In this document: piece by piece, positions 53,903-63,094 of the stretch
Layout: each line of letters starts with the position of its first letter
Position numbering within the stretch: the stretch's first letter is position 1
Source: an uncultured Bdellovibrionales bacterium
GTDB lineage: Bacteria; Bdellovibrionota; Bdellovibrionia; Bdellovibrionales; SG-bin7
Reading direction: 5' to 3'
Assembly: GCA_964498095.1 (NCBI GenBank)
Contig: CAZCFY010000002.1
Location: forward strand, 74,298-138,297
Length of the DNA: 64,000 nucleotides
Notes under the pieces: model-generated
Told to the model about the DNA's origin: nothing
The model's database searches: none
What the model saw: only the letters and a program-made list of their open reading frames with translations
Made by a program: the position numbers and the translations under genes

Positions 53903-53954
53903 TTTTAAGTGGAGCGCTATCCACCTCCGCGGCGGAGGTGGAGACTCTCAAAGG
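53903..53954. repeat. GC-rich palindromic element, copy 2
   Basis: TTTTAAG-N13-CACCTCCGCGGCGGAGG-N10-CAAAGG. The core forms a 9-bp stem with a 3-nt loop (ccacctccg cgg cggaggtgg, 53921-53941). Confidence 0.8.
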
Positions 53955-53984
53955 CCACACGTTTCTTTGCCTGTGAGACAAGTG

Positions 53985-54533
53985 TTAAATAGCTTTACCG
54001 GGGGGTTTCCGCTCAGACTGGGGTTTTGGTTGCGGCTTCATTTTTCTCGAGGGTGGTACGTCATACCCGACAGTAACCAGTTCAAACTCTTTAAAGTTTT
54101 TGAGGACGTCTATTCTTAGAGGAAGATCGAACATACGAGAAACATTCGTGCCTTGGGAATTTTCGGCGGCACAAGAAAAGTGGATTGGTGCCTTGGCGCC
54201 CTCCAATACTAAGGTAGTAACTTCGTCGGAACTGTTTCGCTCAACTTCTTTCACTTTCAGTATACGCGGTTCACTTATTTCAAGTTTAGAGACATTTTCC
54301 CCTTTAACTTTGAAGGTGCATACTATCTTACTTTTGAAGAAAGGTGTATTATCCAAAATTTTTTCAAGGGTGGCGCAGGAAGAACTTTCCTCAGCGGGAC
54401 AAGGTTCAAAGGGTAAACTACTTATCTTTTTCGGATCAAATTTAAGCTCAGTCATGGACCCTATGTAAAGTTCTTCGCCCTTTGCAATCAAAGTAAAAAA
54501 TAACGCCATAAAAACGAAGCGACTTAAGGTCAT
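53985..54533 (-). CDS. secreted protein of unknown function with a Pro/Lys-rich C-terminal tail
   Basis: Signal peptide FFTLIAKG/EE. C-terminus PPSRKMKPQPKPQSERKPPGKAI. No family recognised. Confidence 0.45.
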   Translation of the reverse strand: MTLSRFVFMALFFTLIAKGEELYIGSMTELKFDPKKISSLPFEPCPAEESSSCATLEKILDNTPFFKSKIVCTFKVKGENVSKLEISEPRILKVKEVERNSSDEVTTLVLEGAKAPIHFSCAAENSQGTNVSRMFDLPLRIDVLKNFKEFELVTVGYDVPPSRKMKPQPKPQSERKPPGKAI

Positions 54534-54634
54534 GTACCCCCCTTGATCTCATTCACTAGGTTATCAGGAAATGTTAAAGAAACCAGCGGCACCTTCGTCC
54601 AAAAACGCGGCACACCCACTAACCGCCATCCCAG

Positions 54635-55081
54635 TCACCGCAGCGAAGCCACTGCCAATCTAACAAATTTTCCGTGCCCGGCGTTTAGCGAGCCCAGCTT
54701 TTCGTCTGTTACGCGCATCCAGCGAATGGCGGCGGCATCATCACCGGCGGAAAAATTAAGTTCGACATCGGTACCAACGTGTTTGTGAAACACCGTCGTC
54801 TCTACCCATGACTCCTTGGTGTTACGCGGATCTTCGACCAAGCCTTTATAAATTTCCGTGCCTGCCACATGACTCAAATCTACTCCCGCTTCTTCCCGAA
54901 GTTCCCGCGCAGCAGTGGTTTCCGCCGCCTCACCTTTTTCGATAAATCCACCAGGCAGCGCCCAGCGCCCACTGTCTTTACGCTGAATAACCAATACTTC
55001 AAAAATATTATCGCGCGAATTGAAACGCGTGACCACGGTATCAGCGGCAAGGTTGGGTCCTTTGTACCAAAGATCCGGCAA
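54635..55081 (-). CDS. Nudix hydrolase (ADP-ribose pyrophosphatase-like)
   Basis: Nudix box GGFIEKGEAAETTAARELREEAGV. Confidence 0.85.
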   Translation of the reverse strand: MPDLWYKGPNLAADTVVTRFNSRDNIFEVLVIQRKDSGRWALPGGFIEKGEAAETTAARELREEAGVDLSHVAGTEIYKGLVEDPRNTKESWVETTVFHKHVGTDVELNFSAGDDAAAIRWMRVTDEKLGSLNAGHGKFVRLAVASLR

Positions 55082-55088
55082 TGTACAC

Positions 55089-56660
55089 CTACCTAATTAT
55101 GGAATCTTCTAAATTCTTGTTTTTGGTTGGCGGCAGGTCTTCGTTGTAGTGAATGCCAACAGACTCCTTGCGCATCAAAGCACAGCGGACGGAAAGCGTG
55201 GCCATTAAAGCAATGTTACGGCACTCAAGGATGTCCTGATGCAAAGGAAACTTACGATAATATTCCGCGATCTCTTCTTGAATGATCTGCAGGCGTTTTA
55301 GTGCGCGCTGCAAACGGAAAGTCGTGCGCACGATTCCCATATAGTTCCACATCAGTGTGCGAATCTCTTGCCACAAATGCGCGATTACCACCATTTCCGG
55401 ATGAGTAGGGGCGGGTGGGTTCTTCCACGCATCGATTTCTAACGGCGAAATCGGGATAGTGGGAATTTTATCTTTTAAAAATTCGGCGGTATTCTGTGCG
55501 GTCGCCAAGCATTCCAGCAGGGAATTGCTAGCTAAGCGGTTAGCGCCATGGAGTCCATTGCAAGCCGTCTCGCCAATTGCAAACAAGTTCGTAACGTCGG
55601 TTTTGCCAGTAATGTCACTTAATACTCCGCCACAGAGATAATGAGCTGCCGGCACCACGGGGATGGCATTGCGAGTAATATCTATGCCGTAATTCAAACA
55701 TTGTTTATAGATTGTCGGGAAGCGCTCTCTTATTTCTTCGGCTGGTTTATGAGAAATATCGAGATAAACACAAGGATGGCCCGATTTTTTTATTTCGGCA
55801 TCCATCGAGCGCGCCACGATATCGCGGGGAGCGAGCGTTCCCATCTCGTGGTATCTTTGCATAAACTCTTCGCCGCTAGAGTTAATAAGTTTAGCGCCTT
55901 CTCCGCGTAGGGCTTCTGTAAGTAAAAAATTTCGCGCTTCAGGGTGATAAAGGCAGGTGGGATGAAACTGCATAAACTCAAGATTGGCAACTCGCGCGCC
56001 GGCACGATAAGCCATGGCGATGCCATCGCCAGTGGCGCCGGTCCAATTTGAGGTGTAAAGATAAATTCTGCCCGCCCCACCCGTTGCTAAAATCGTAACT
56101 TTGGATTTTATGGCGATGACTTCTTGATTTTTCACATCAAAAACATTGCAGCCGATACATGTGTTGGGATTTAAATCATGCGGATCAAGTCTTTTTGTTG
56201 ATAAAAGGTCGATCGCGAAATGGTCTTCTAAAATTTCTATATTTTTGTGTTCGCGAGCCCGTTTTAGTAAAGTGCTATGAATGATATTTCCGGTATGATC
56301 TTTAACATGCAAAACGCGCGCTTCGCGGTGGCCTCCTTCGCGGTTAAGGCTGCTATCAAACTTTACTCCCCATTGGATGAGGTCATTTATGCGTTCGGGG
56401 CCCTGGCGAATTATATTTTCCACGACCTCGCGGCGGCAGAGGCCCGCACCGGCGTTCAGAGTGTCTTCGATGTGTTTATCAAACGAATCATCTTGGCTGG
56501 ATACCGAGGCTATTCCCCCTTGGGCAAGGTTCGAGCTAGACTCGGTCGCTTTGTATTTGGAAAGGATAGTGATTTTGGTGGTTTCCGCCATCTTCAGAGC
56601 TAGACCAAGGCCTGCCACACCGGAGCCAATAACCAAGATATCTGTCGTCAACGTCTTCAT
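55089..56660 (-). CDS. nadB: L-aspartate oxidase
   Basis: FAD-binding DILVIGSGVAGL, plus NLAQGGIA, RPGHHT-type flavoprotein regions (THCAQGG-like AHYLCGGV) and GLHGANRLASNSLLE. Start is uncertain (ATG 56660 or GTG 56690). Confidence 0.9.
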   Translation of the reverse strand: MKTLTTDILVIGSGVAGLGLALKMAETTKITILSKYKATESSSNLAQGGIASVSSQDDSFDKHIEDTLNAGAGLCRREVVENIIRQGPERINDLIQWGVKFDSSLNREGGHREARVLHVKDHTGNIIHSTLLKRAREHKNIEILEDHFAIDLLSTKRLDPHDLNPNTCIGCNVFDVKNQEVIAIKSKVTILATGGAGRIYLYTSNWTGATGDGIAMAYRAGARVANLEFMQFHPTCLYHPEARNFLLTEALRGEGAKLINSSGEEFMQRYHEMGTLAPRDIVARSMDAEIKKSGHPCVYLDISHKPAEEIRERFPTIYKQCLNYGIDITRNAIPVVPAAHYLCGGVLSDITGKTDVTNLFAIGETACNGLHGANRLASNSLLECLATAQNTAEFLKDKIPTIPISPLEIDAWKNPPAPTHPEMVVIAHLWQEIRTLMWNYMGIVRTTFRLQRALKRLQIIQEEIAEYYRKFPLHQDILECRNIALMATLSVRCALMRKESVGIHYNEDLPPTKNKNLEDSIIR

Positions 56661-56818
56661 AATGGGGAACTTGTAAGAGAGCTTTTCCACTTTGTCATTA
56701 ACTCACGATTAATGCGCCATGTAACACAAGGGGAGTCTTGATTCTGACAGAGAGCCGAAACTAAAATTTATAGCAAGGGTTTGACTCGGATGTTGACCCC
56801 CAAAAAACGAGGGCATGG

Positions 56819-58531
56819 ATGCAAAAAAGATTACAGTCTTTGGTCGTGATCACACTTGCGGTGATCATAGTTTCAGTCGTTGCAATAAGAACAAAATATT
56901 CTTGGTCAAGTTTTGCCCGGCAAAATTTGCGTGAAGTCGTTAGTAGCGAACTTTTAGTACTGAGCCACTTGCTAACGCAAAAAGCGCAAACGCTAGAGGA
57001 CGCTTATGTAAGTGCTCTCAATAAAAAACCAAATCCCAACGTAAAAATCATCTATTCCCGTGTTCTGCAAAAATCAGAAAACGGCCATTGGTCGTTAGTC
57101 GACACGCAAGAGGTCCCGGGATCAGGCGCTTACTTTGCCAAACAAATTCCTGAAAACTTCAAACCCACGGGCAAGCAATGGATGCGTCTTAGTGATTCTA
57201 AGGGAGAGTCTTATGCGGGGCTTTTGTTACCCGTAGCCGCTGGCGAAAATGGTATTTGGCGACCCACGGCCGCGAGTGACGCCAAGACCATCGTATTTGC
57301 CGTTTTCAAAGATCCTTTTGGCGACATTGTAGAAATTTTTAAAGGCGCCGGTGCTAGTTTTATAGTTTTAGATAACCGCAACTTTGTAATGGCGCATTCC
57401 ACGGAGGAATACCAAGGCATGGCCGTGGCTAAAGATATTCAACGGCTCATTGATACTTACCGCTTGGAATCCTTTGTTGAAAGAAAAGCGGGTAAAAAAG
57501 CCGGTGGCTATATCGGAATTCAAAAAGTTCCCGAACTCAACCTTGTTTTAGCTGCCGAATTGCCTGGGAATTTGGTGGGCATGAAATTTTATCGTTGGCT
57601 GTTTGAATTCATCGCTGGCGGAATTCTGTTTACGGCCCTAACACTTTTTGCCCTCGGCCGGCGTCGTCAATTCAGCGCGGAGGTTTCTGAAGAAATTGTG
57701 GCGGTAAGAATTCCTTCGCCGAAGACCGCAACTCCAGCTCCAATCACGGCCGCAATTCCAACTCCGGCTTTACCGCAAAAAGATTTTGTAATTGAAGAGC
57801 CTGAAATTGAAAAGCCCCAAGGCCGCTTGGAAAAACTCATGAATCTGGCTGCCGGCATGAAAAATAAAAAAACAAAACCCACTCCTCCGCCGATTCAAAC
57901 TCAAGTCACCGGCTTTCAAAGCCAGCCGACCATGGTTACCTCGCCCATTTTAACGCTGGAAACTGCTAACTTGCGGCCCCTGTTAATAACTCTCTTGGCG
58001 GAAGCCGCGCACGACATTCGCGTTTATGGCGTTGAGGTTGAAGACAAAATTGACGAAGTGCCAGAAGTTAATGGTTCCGCAAAAGATTTACAGCAGGCTC
58101 TAGCAGGACTTATGAAGCTAACGTTTTATGGCGTCCGCCAAAAAATGGCCAAGAAAGTTAAGATTCGTCTGCAGCGCTTAGGAAAGAGCGTTGAATTAAT
58201 TTTAAGTGACAATGGGTTGCCGCGAAAAACTAATGAAGACGCGCTCCTCACGGATATTATTAATTATCCCGAGCTAGTTACCGCAGTTTCATCGGCGCTG
58301 CAGAATTTACGCCGGCTAAAAGCCGAAATACAAATGCGCTATGACTTTCACAACGGTAATCAAATTATAGTGCGCTTGCCTGTTGGCCAGGAAAAGGCGC
58401 CGCCGCGGATTACTCCAAACCTTGCGGCGCAAAATAGCGAAGAAATAAAAAAGCGCTTTAATCAATTCCAGATTAAAAATATTGCCATAAACGTGCGTAA
58501 ACCCAAAATAAAGGAAATCGAAAATGACTAA
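56819..58531 (+). CDS. membrane sensor-like protein: Cache-like periplasmic domain, Pro-rich linker, degenerate HATPase-like C-terminus without a recognisable H-box
   Basis: Two TM helices (LVVITLAVIIVSVVAI; FIAGGILFTALTLFALG) bracket an about 240-aa extracytoplasmic domain. C-terminal KVKIRLQRLGKSVELILSDNGLP resembles the G1 region of histidine-kinase ATPase domains. I could not find a phospho-acceptor His box. Confidence 0.45.
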   Translation: MQKRLQSLVVITLAVIIVSVVAIRTKYSWSSFARQNLREVVSSELLVLSHLLTQKAQTLEDAYVSALNKKPNPNVKIIYSRVLQKSENGHWSLVDTQEVPGSGAYFAKQIPENFKPTGKQWMRLSDSKGESYAGLLLPVAAGENGIWRPTAASDAKTIVFAVFKDPFGDIVEIFKGAGASFIVLDNRNFVMAHSTEEYQGMAVAKDIQRLIDTYRLESFVERKAGKKAGGYIGIQKVPELNLVLAAELPGNLVGMKFYRWLFEFIAGGILFTALTLFALGRRRQFSAEVSEEIVAVRIPSPKTATPAPITAAIPTPALPQKDFVIEEPEIEKPQGRLEKLMNLAAGMKNKKTKPTPPPIQTQVTGFQSQPTMVTSPILTLETANLRPLLITLLAEAAHDIRVYGVEVEDKIDEVPEVNGSAKDLQQALAGLMKLTFYGVRQKMAKKVKIRLQRLGKSVELILSDNGLPRKTNEDALLTDIINYPELVTAVSSALQNLRRLKAEIQMRYDFHNGNQIIVRLPVGQEKAPPRITPNLAAQNSEEIKKRFNQFQIKNIAINVRKPKIKEIEND

Positions 58532-60194
58532 TGATGTACGCAGTAGTTTTTTGATTTACCTCATCGGTGAAGAGACTCTTGAGCTGGCGGCACTTCGGGT
58601 ATCTTTGACTCAAGCGGGCTTTCATATAATTAATTTTCGAAAAGTAGAAGCGGCGTTTGAAAAAGTGGCAAAAAATCCGCCGCATGTCACAGTTGTCGAT
58701 CTTGAGGGGCAGAACCTCAATGCCGAACAGTACTTGGAAAAATTTGCCAATCTTTCTCCGGAAACACTTCATATCGCGACCATTGGTAAGGGGCGAGATT
58801 TACATGCGCCGATACTTATGGAAATGGGTTTTTACGAAACCATTGAGCGGTCCCAAACCGACGGCCGAGTGTTAATTGGAATTTTGGATAGGGCGATAGA
58901 ACGCATTTATTATCAGTATCAGGCCGAACAGGTTGGTGAGACCAGTGAAAAGAAAATTTCTGAACTAGAGCAGGTTATTAGCGATAAAGACAAAACTATT
59001 GCAGCATTAAACGAAAAACTCACTAGTCAGACAAAACAAGCCGAAGATTTATTTCAAAAGATTAGAAACTTTCAGATCCGCATTAGCCAGCTAGAGTCGG
59101 AGCTCGAAGCCAGTGAAAGCAAAACACAAAGATATATCGCTGATTACGTAAAAATAAAAAACGATAAAGATTCTCTAGAAACTCAAGTTAAACGCTATAA
59201 AGGCGATGCCGGCACTTCGTCACTGGGCTTTACGGGTTTAATGTCGTCTTTAGGAAAATGTCACTCGGTCGAAGATGCCGTTCAGGATTGGCTAAATAAA
59301 ACTCACCGCTTATATCAAGACGTACCGGTCGCTTTTTTCCGTTATATCCCCAATCACAGTCATTTGGTGCTCGCGCAATGTGCGGGTCTTGAAATTCAGA
59401 AAGTGCGTGGAATTGGCATTCCGCTCGCGGGCCTAAGCTTGAAGGAGCAAAAGTACTTTTACTCGCACGTGAGATTCTTGGCGAATCTGCGGGATTTATT
59501 AAAAGGCGCATTTAATGTGTCTGAGTTTGAATTCCGTGAACTTGTTACCGACCGAGGTGTTGTTGGGATATGTGTAATCTTTAGATCGCTAAAAACCGAT
59601 GTTGAGAAGAGATTTTTTAATGATTCCATAGAACTTTTAAACTTAGTGGCTAACCGTAATTCACTCGCCTTTAAAGTTCACGAATATGACTTAAGGGATG
59701 ACCTCACTCAGCTCTATACCCGCCGGTCCTTGGACGAAAGTTTAACCGCCGAGATGTCGCGCGCGGGGCGCACACGCTTACCACTTTCCGCTCTCTATAT
59801 CCGCATCGACGATTTTGCGGAATTGGAAAAGAAGTGGGAATCGGAAACAGAAAAAGTTATCAAAGCTGTCGCCACCATTTTGCGCAAGACAAGCCGTATA
59901 AATGATTTACTTTATCGCATAGAAAAAGATCAATTCGTAGCACTCCTCCCGCACACCGATTGTCAGGGGGCAAAAGTAAAGGCGGAGACTTTACGAAATT
60001 TCATTAAGAAGGCGCAAATCCGTACTACGCAAGGCCAGATCATTCCCAATGTCTCAATTAGCGTTGGGATAAGTGAATATCCAAAGCTTTGCCGTGACTC
60101 CGAAGGATTGTTAATTTCCTCGGATGAAGCACTTTTTGAAGCGGCAAAATCCGGTGATTGCGTCCAACTTGCTACGAGCATCGAAGCGCTGTGA
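58524..60194 (+). CDS. receiver-like domain + coiled coil + GAF-like region + degenerate GGDEF domain with a retained I-site
   Basis: ATG overlaps the upstream stop by 8 nt. The REC-like N-terminus keeps the Asp of VVDLEG but lacks the acidic DD pair. Coiled coil from about residue 140 to 230. GGDEF-domain frame DDLTQLYTRRSL...ALYIRIDDF...SISVGISEYP has the active site replaced by EKDQF and is preceded by RIND (RxxD) 5 residues upstream. Confidence 0.7.
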   Translation: MTNDVRSSFLIYLIGEETLELAALRVSLTQAGFHIINFRKVEAAFEKVAKNPPHVTVVDLEGQNLNAEQYLEKFANLSPETLHIATIGKGRDLHAPILMEMGFYETIERSQTDGRVLIGILDRAIERIYYQYQAEQVGETSEKKISELEQVISDKDKTIAALNEKLTSQTKQAEDLFQKIRNFQIRISQLESELEASESKTQRYIADYVKIKNDKDSLETQVKRYKGDAGTSSLGFTGLMSSLGKCHSVEDAVQDWLNKTHRLYQDVPVAFFRYIPNHSHLVLAQCAGLEIQKVRGIGIPLAGLSLKEQKYFYSHVRFLANLRDLLKGAFNVSEFEFRELVTDRGVVGICVIFRSLKTDVEKRFFNDSIELLNLVANRNSLAFKVHEYDLRDDLTQLYTRRSLDESLTAEMSRAGRTRLPLSALYIRIDDFAELEKKWESETEKVIKAVATILRKTSRINDLLYRIEKDQFVALLPHTDCQGAKVKAETLRNFIKKAQIRTTQGQIIPNVSISVGISEYPKLCRDSEGLLISSDEALFEAAKSGDCVQLATSIEAL

Positions 60195-61288
60195 GAAAGA
60201 CTGTTGCTGAGATTTCGCTAAGCAACTTACGCCATAATTTTAAAATCATCCAAAGTATTGTTGGCGAATCTCGCTTCATTTGTCCAATGGTAAAAGCCAA
60301 TGCCTATGGCCACGGGGACGTCGCCGTCTCGAAGGCTCTAATCGCCGCCGGGGCTGAGCGCGTGGGTGTTTGCTTGGCCGAGGAGGGGATGCATTTGCGT
60401 AAGCACGGTGTTTCCATTCCTATTTTGGTTTTTGATATTTTTGACGACGCTTCCGCCGAGGAAATTATTGATCATGAACTTACCCCGGTAATTTCCACAT
60501 GGATTCAGCTAGAGGGAATGGCCAAAGCACTGCAAAGTAGGCTTTGGCCAATTCACCTAAAATTTAACACGGGTATGAACCGCTTGGGCTTTGATTTGAG
60601 TGATGCGCAAGCCGTTCATGATTTTATAGTGAGCAAGAAATGTTTTCTTTTGCAGGGGGTGTGCACTCACTTACGTAATGGTGAGGACGCCGGAAAGAGC
60701 AAAAGTGTTAGTGAGGCGCAGCTTAAACGATTTTTGTCACTAGAGAAAATTTTCTCGGAAGAGGGAATTAAATTCCATGCCCTAAATTCCGCCGCCTTGT
60801 TTTCGGCGAGTTCCAAATATAAAAAACTTGGGGTGCGGCCGGGAATTTCGCTCTACAGTGCCGAGACCAATAAGAAGTTGCGGCCGGTGATGTCGATTAA
60901 ATCTGAGATAGTTTTATCCCGTTTTATCGAAAAGGGAGAAAAAGTTTCCTACTCGGGAAAATGGACGGCAAAAAAGAAATCCGTCATTGGCGTGGTGCCC
61001 ATAGGCTACGAAGACGGATATTTCCGCGCGTTTTCAAATAAAACAGAAATGCTCTTCCGTGGTAGGCGTGTGCCCGTTATTGGTACTGTCTGCATGGACT
61101 ATACGATGGTTGATTTAACGAAAGTTTGCAGTGGTAAGCTGGCGAGTGTAGGCGAAGAGATTGTCGTTCTCGGCGCGCAGGGCGCCGAAGAAATTACCGC
61201 CGCCGAACTGGGTAAATGCGCGAGTACAATTTCGTATGAAGTTTTAACTTCTGTGGGGAATAGGATCCCTCGCGTCTATGTCAGATGA
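60191..61288 (+). CDS. alr: alanine racemase
   Basis: PLP-lysine motif PMVKANAYGHG. C-terminal VPIGYEDGYFR, GTVCMDYTMVD and SYEVLTS. GTG 60191 overlaps the upstream stop (GTGA). Confidence 0.92.
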   Translation: MRKTVAEISLSNLRHNFKIIQSIVGESRFICPMVKANAYGHGDVAVSKALIAAGAERVGVCLAEEGMHLRKHGVSIPILVFDIFDDASAEEIIDHELTPVISTWIQLEGMAKALQSRLWPIHLKFNTGMNRLGFDLSDAQAVHDFIVSKKCFLLQGVCTHLRNGEDAGKSKSVSEAQLKRFLSLEKIFSEEGIKFHALNSAALFSASSKYKKLGVRPGISLYSAETNKKLRPVMSIKSEIVLSRFIEKGEKVSYSGKWTAKKKSVIGVVPIGYEDGYFRAFSNKTEMLFRGRRVPVIGTVCMDYTMVDLTKVCSGKLASVGEEIVVLGAQGAEEITAAELGKCASTISYEVLTSVGNRIPRVYVR

Positions 61289-61501
61289 TTTTGCTGTTTG
61301 AAAATGTATCAAAGAACTTCCGGGCAAAAATGCTCTCCCCAAAAAAAGTCCGCCACCGCGAAAAGACCAGTCAAACCAACCAAAGCACAGGTCCGGTCCC
61401 TACGAAGGTCTCTAGCAAAACGTGGAGAAAAATCGTCAAAAGGATAAGTTCTTCCCACTTACGCGAGCGGACGAATACAATATTCATAGAGAGAATTCCC
61501 A

Positions 61502-62335
61502 ATGAATGTTGATACCTTGACGATCAGACTTACCAAAACGGGTTGGGAGAAATTCGTCCAATTTCTTGAGGACGTGCACACCTGGATCGCCGATATCGGC
61601 GCCATGTTTTATTTTCTTACGGCCGCTATCAAGGGGATTTTCGACAAACCCTACCGCGTGAGTGAGTTCTTTCGCCATGCCGAATTTATTGGAAATAAAT
61701 CCATTGTGATCGTCGCGCTCACCGGAACTTTTACCGGCATGGCGCTCTCTTACCAAATCTACCTTGGATTTAGTTTAGTAAATGCTTCTAATCTTGTTGG
61801 CCCCACGGTGGCGCTGGCCATCAGCCGGGAGCTCGGGCCCGTGCTCACGGGTCTAATTGTAGCCGCTCGGGCGGGGGGAGCGATGGCCGCGCATATTGGT
61901 ACTATGCGTGTGAGTGAACAAATCGACGCTCTCGAGGTTATGGGTGTTGATCCCGTGCAGTATCTCGTGTCTCCTCGGATGGTCGCGACACTCATGGTAA
62001 TGCCGCTGCTGACCGCAGTATTTGACTTCGTGGCGATGGCGGGTGCGCAATTTCTTTGTATCGGAATTCTAGAAATGGATAAGGCGATTTTTTGGGAAAA
62101 AATTAGACTCTGGATAGAACCGCGTCATATCTATGAGGGATTTTTTAAGTCCCTCGTTTTTGGATTTTTCTTCGCGACAATTTGCACCTTCAGCGGTTAC
62201 ACCACAAAAGGTGGCGCCCGGGGCGTGGGAAACGCTACCAACCGCGGCGTGGTATCGAGTATGGTTATGACTATCGTTCTGGATTATTTTCTCACGCATA
62301 TTATTCGCTTTTATTACAAGATTGCTGGAATATAA
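61502..62335 (+). CDS. mlaE: ABC transporter permease MlaE (phospholipid/lipid-asymmetry maintenance)
   Basis: MlaE/Ttg2B family pattern: five hydrophobic segments, ISRELGPVLTGLIVAARAGGAMAA and EQIDALEVMGVDPVQYLV. Confidence 0.88.
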   Translation: MNVDTLTIRLTKTGWEKFVQFLEDVHTWIADIGAMFYFLTAAIKGIFDKPYRVSEFFRHAEFIGNKSIVIVALTGTFTGMALSYQIYLGFSLVNASNLVGPTVALAISRELGPVLTGLIVAARAGGAMAAHIGTMRVSEQIDALEVMGVDPVQYLVSPRMVATLMVMPLLTAVFDFVAMAGAQFLCIGILEMDKAIFWEKIRLWIEPRHIYEGFFKSLVFGFFFATICTFSGYTTKGGARGVGNATNRGVVSSMVMTIVLDYFLTHIIRFYYKIAGI

Positions 62336-63094
62336 ATGGAACAAACCGCCATTGACATAAAAAATTTACGCAAGACTTTTGACGGCGAAAACTATGTGTT
62401 TCAGGGCGTGAATTTACAAATTCCAAAAGGTAAGATTACTTGCATCATCGGGTTTAGCGGTACGGGAAAAAGTGTATTATTAAAACATATTTTGGGACTG
62501 GTGGCGCCGTCGGACGGCACTATTTCGGTTCTTGGTCAGGAAGTCTCGCACCTTAACATGCACGATAAAATTGAATTGCGAAAACACTTTGGCGTGCTTT
62601 TTCAAAACGCGGCCCTGTTTGACGACATGACCGTGATAGAAAACGTATGTTTTCCATTGCGTGAGCACCGCGCCTACTTATCAGAGAGAGAAATTTTGGC
62701 CACCGCCCAGGCGCGACTAAAGTTAGTTAAACTCGATGAGATTCACTTCCACAAATTACCCAATGAGCTCAGCGGTGGAATGCGTAAGCGCGTGGGACTG
62801 GCGCGCGCGATCGCCCTTGATCCAGATATTTTAGTTTACGACGAACCAACGACGGGTCTTGATCCGATTCTCACCGAAACTGTTGATGATTTGATTCTTG
62901 AAACCCACCGTCACCGGACTGGTTTAACGTCGCTAGTAGTAAGTCATGATTTGTATGCAGCATTTCGCATAGGTGATTACATCGCCATGCTGGATAGTGG
63001 TAGAATCTTATTATTCGGAACTCCTCAGGATTTTTATAATTCTGAAATTCCGCTGGTGAAAAAATTTGTGTCTAAAGGAATGAAGAAGTCATGA
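62336..63094 (+). CDS. mlaF: ABC transporter ATP-binding protein MlaF
   Basis: Walker A GFSGTGKS, signature LSGGMRKRVGLARA, Walker B ILVYDEPTTGLD. Confidence 0.9.
   Translation: MEQTAIDIKNLRKTFDGENYVFQGVNLQIPKGKITCIIGFSGTGKSVLLKHILGLVAPSDGTISVLGQEVSHLNMHDKIELRKHFGVLFQNAALFDDMTVIENVCFPLREHRAYLSEREILATAQARLKLVKLDEIHFHKLPNELSGGMRKRVGLARAIALDPDILVYDEPTTGLDPILTETVDDLILETHRHRTGLTSLVVSHDLYAAFRIGDYIAMLDSGRILLFGTPQDFYNSEIPLVKKFVSKGMKKS

Noticed and set aside
53778-54119. Small ORFs 53778..53981 (-) and 53853..54119 (+) upstream of prepilin-like gene B
   Set aside because: Both run through the GC-rich palindromic element (which gives ...RGGGGD... / ...SAAEVD...). They overlap each other and the 3' end of the 53985..54533 gene. 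No start signals. Treated as non-coding.
61285-61512. 75-aa highly basic ORF between alr and mlaE
   Set aside because: No Shine-Dalgarno, a Lys/Arg/Ser-rich composition and no recognisable fold or motif. It is more likely a non-coding spacer or promoter region for the mla operon. It cannot be excluded without expression data.
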